Shown here: piece by piece, positions 59,393-61,840 of the stretch
Layout of the letters: each line of letters opens with the position of its first letter
Position numbering within the stretch: the first letter of the stretch is position 1
Source of the DNA: Bacilli bacterium
Lineage (GTDB): Bacteria > Bacillota_I > Bacilli_A > RFN20 > CAG-826
Direction of reading: 5' to 3'
Length of the DNA stretch: 61,840 nucleotides
Assembly (NCBI GenBank): GCA_024408095.1
Contig: JAKSVI010000006.1
Coordinates: 1 to 61,840, forward strand
The notes under the pieces: model-generated
Database searches by the model: none
What the model was told of the DNA's origin: nothing
What the model saw: the letters and a program-made list of their open reading frames with translations, nothing else
Position numbers and translations under genes: made by a program

Positions 59393-59907
59393 ATGAATAA
59401 GAAAAATTTTGTTATTGGTTTATTGTTTGGAATATTTGCTTTAGCGACTAATATCTTTATATTAGTTGAGGCCGGAACTCCTGGTGGTGCTAGTGGAATG
59501 CAATCAACTGGTGTTAGTCAAGCAATTGGGGATGCTATTAATACAATGGTTCCATCTCATCCAATAGATACAAGTGATCCAAATTATTTATCATTTATGA
59601 GAAAATTTATTGGCCATTTCTCTTTATTTGGGGTTTCAGGAATATTTACCATTCTTTCACTTATTTTCTTTTTAAAAGATAAATTTAAAAGCAATTGGTT
59701 TGTTTTTTAATAAGTTCTGGAAGTGGATTTTTCTTTGCTGGTTTATCTGAAATAATTCAACTATTTACTGATGGACGAGCAGGAACATTTACAGATGTGT
59801 TAATTGATTTTGCTGGTTATTTATTATATTCGATTATAGTTTTCCTTATCTTCTTATTAATAAATTACGCGTACAAGAAAAAGAGATTAAAAGAAAGCAT
59901 CTCCTAG
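59393..59907 (+). pseudogene. VanZ-family membrane protein split by a 1-nt frameshift
   Basis: The first ORF has MRKFIGHFSLFG and the second has SEIIQLFTDGRAGTFTDVLID. One extra T in the T6 run at 59703-59708 joins them. Confidence 0.75.
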
Positions 59908-59914
59908 AGATGCT
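59896..59914. terminator. Hairpin between the convergent vanZ and plsC genes
   Basis: AGCATCTC-CTA-GAGATGCT. Confidence 0.55.
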
Positions 59915-59915
59915 C

Positions 59916-60728
59916 TTATTGTGCTAAGTTTTCTAACATTAAGCCTCTAACTTTATCGCTTAATGCTTTTGCTGTCATTCCATCATATTCTTCAAACGGA
60001 ATGACCTTTACAATTTCTAATTTTGTTAGTGTTCTACGAGGAGCTCTTTTTGCAATTTTATTACTGTTTTTTATAGTGGTGACAACAACAGGAGCCTTAC
60101 TTTTTATAGCGATGTTGAATACGCCTTCATGAAATTCACCAAGTTGACCATCATGATGCCTTGTTCCTTCTGGGTATACCGCAACACTGGCATAGTCGTT
60201 TTCAATTAATTTAATGCATTTATTCATGACTCCAAGAGATTGAATTGGATCATCTCTATTAATAGTGCAATAACAGCTTGGAAGCATAAGTTTGCCTCCA
60301 ATTGGAATTTTAAGATTTTCTGGTTTGGTAATATAAACCAATTCCCTTTTAGCTAATTTTTCAGTTAAAAGCATTGGATCAAAGTTACTGACATGATTGC
60401 AAACTAATAAAAATCTTTCATTTTTTGGAAGCATATTTTTGCCAATAACCTTGCATAAAGCACCACATATATGATTACTTACAATAATACCTTCTCTTAA
60501 CCAAAATAAGGCGTTTTTGCTGGGTTTTTCACGTTCTTTTGTTTGGCTATAGCAGTGACCTATTAAGGCTACAACCCACCACCAAATAAATAAAATTACT
60601 ACTAATCCAGCAATAAATAAAACAAGTGGTTTATAAAAATCATATCCATGTTGAACAGGCCAAAATGTTAGACTGCCAACAACAGCTAAAACGATACTAG
60701 CTAAAACTGTGCTTAGTGTAATAATCAT
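59916..60728 (-). CDS. plsC: 1-acyl-sn-glycerol-3-phosphate acyltransferase
   Basis: Motifs NHVSNFD and YPEGTR, with N-terminal TMs. Confidence 0.88.
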   Translation of the reverse strand: MIITLSTVLASIVLAVVGSLTFWPVQHGYDFYKPLVLFIAGLVVILFIWWWVVALIGHCYSQTKEREKPSKNALFWLREGIIVSNHICGALCKVIGKNMLPKNERFLLVCNHVSNFDPMLLTEKLAKRELVYITKPENLKIPIGGKLMLPSCYCTINRDDPIQSLGVMNKCIKLIENDYASVAVYPEGTRHHDGQLGEFHEGVFNIAIKSKAPVVVTTIKNSNKIAKRAPRRTLTKLEIVKVIPFEEYDGMTAKALSDKVRGLMLENLAQ

Positions 60729-60731
60729 ATA

Positions 60732-61637
60732 TTATTCAGGAATAACTAATTTGATAGCTTTTGGAACAACACTAACTGTGAATGTTTTACCTTTAATCAT
60801 TTCTCCATCAATACAAATATCTATATCTTTTGGAGCAAGAATTTTTACTTGTTTAGCTTGTGCATAACTAACATATGGATGTGGTTTATCTAATAATCTA
60901 CCTTCGGTATATGTATTTACAATCATTCCAAAGTGTGGGAATGACATACATTTAATTAAACAAACATCCATTAAGCCATCTGTATTAGAACTTTTTGGTG
61001 CGCATTTAAATCTAGCACCAACATATTGCCCTTGGCTGATAGTGCATAAGAGCATGTGCCTATGATTTAAAGGCATGTCATCAGCAAAAACCTTGATTTT
61101 GTTATATCTTCCTTTTAGGACTGCGACTTTAAATGCTTTATCGTATGGTTTATCTTTTCCCATCTTTTTATATTTATTGCCTACAGCGCCGACAATAGCA
61201 TCGAATCCAAAGTTAATAACATTAATGCTGTACCAAGGTTCTATTAATTTTTCTCCTTCAATTTTACTTAAATCAATTAATTGAGTTTTTCCATTGATTA
61301 AGGTCTTGAAATTTTGGAATTTATTTTCTCCGCCATAGATTTTGACAAAGTCATTGCCAGTTCCAACTGCTAAGATTGCAAGTTCAGCATTTGGTATGCC
61401 GACCAATCCATTAACAACCTCATGAACTGTGCCATCTCCTCCACATGCGTAAACCCTAACGGTTTCTTTTGTTTCTTTTTTAAAATAATTTCTTAAATAA
61501 GGAATAACTTCTCTGGGACCAGTAGTTAGATAAACCTCATAATCAAGTCCTTTAAAGTTTGCAAGAATTTCTTCAGAAAGATTAGCTTTCGTGTTTTCTC
61601 CTCCTGAAGAACGATTAATTATTATTAAATGCTTCAT
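60732..61637 (-). CDS. Diacylglycerol kinase family lipid kinase (YegS/DgkB-like)
   Basis: Motifs GGDGTVHEVVNG, GTGNDF, GFDA and IDGE. Start reassigned to ATG 61637 (GAGGGA RBS). Confidence 0.9.
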   Translation of the reverse strand: MKHLIIINRSSGGENTKANLSEEILANFKGLDYEVYLTTGPREVIPYLRNYFKKETKETVRVYACGGDGTVHEVVNGLVGIPNAELAILAVGTGNDFVKIYGGENKFQNFKTLINGKTQLIDLSKIEGEKLIEPWYSINVINFGFDAIVGAVGNKYKKMGKDKPYDKAFKVAVLKGRYNKIKVFADDMPLNHRHMLLCTISQGQYVGARFKCAPKSSNTDGLMDVCLIKCMSFPHFGMIVNTYTEGRLLDKPHPYVSYAQAKQVKILAPKDIDICIDGEMIKGKTFTVSVVPKAIKLVIPE

Positions 61638-61840
61638 AAAAAATCCCTCTGCATAAATAATAACCCATATTATAAATATGAAAAGCATTTTTTTATTTAC
61701 AAAAATAACAAAATGTTATGAATATAGATAGAATCAATTTTATTTATGTGTGGAAATGTAAAAAAATACGAGTAAATTATATTTGTAAAGGAGAATTTAA
61801 CTATTAATAAATCAAGAGAAAAATGATTTATACGACAAAA

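Noticed and set aside
1529-61284. Numerous 60-143 aa ORFs opposite or inside long genes
   Set aside because: They are fully overlapped by well-supported genes and lack RBS or motifs, as expected for shadow ORFs.
1-61840. CRISPR array, IS element, prophage, or alternative genetic code
   Set aside because: No spaced direct repeats, transposase, integrase or phage genes were seen. TGA ends genes at ATGA overlaps, so the Mollicute code 4 does not apply.
61823-61840. Possible CDS start (MIYTTK) at the window edge
   Set aside because: Only six codons are visible, which is too little to support a call.

Overview
This is an AT-rich chromosomal segment using genetic code 11 (TGA acts as a stop). It is probably from a genome-reduced, uncultured member of the Bacilli (Erysipelotrichales/RFN20-like); this is inferred from gene content and order. 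Most of it is housekeeping: yhaM-hit, sufCDSUB-mnmG-rsmG-soj, an FMN riboswitch with ribU, cmk-der-hup, cca-dnaD-nth, recU, gpsB-rnpB-pgsA-cinA-recA-rny-ymdB-miaB-ricA-like-miaA-tcdA-fhs-pgm, and ychF-ispF-argS-rpoE-nrnA-cysQ with tRNA-Gln. A sugar-utilisation cluster lies at the left end and a lipid/surface cluster at the right end. No CRISPR array, transposase, integrase or prophage gene is visible. The most notable observations are: (1) a tandem pair of very large PrsA-like lipoproteins, one with a split parvulin domain and one apparently catalytically dead; (2) a bipartite motif AATTAATAAAA-N14-CGAACTATATATA shared by the recA upstream region and the upstream region of a tandem MacB-like ABC pair; (3) a multi-hairpin RNA leader in front of rny; (4) widespread apparently leaderless genes, with rpsA missing from the cmk-der locus; (5) a variant FMN aptamer; (6) a Cys/His-repeat, OB-fold and Ig-domain surface lipoprotein; (7) two single-base homopolymer frameshifts (manA start, vanZ). 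A 59-aa ferredoxin missing from the ORF track was also found. All family assignments come from motif recognition; no database searches were run.
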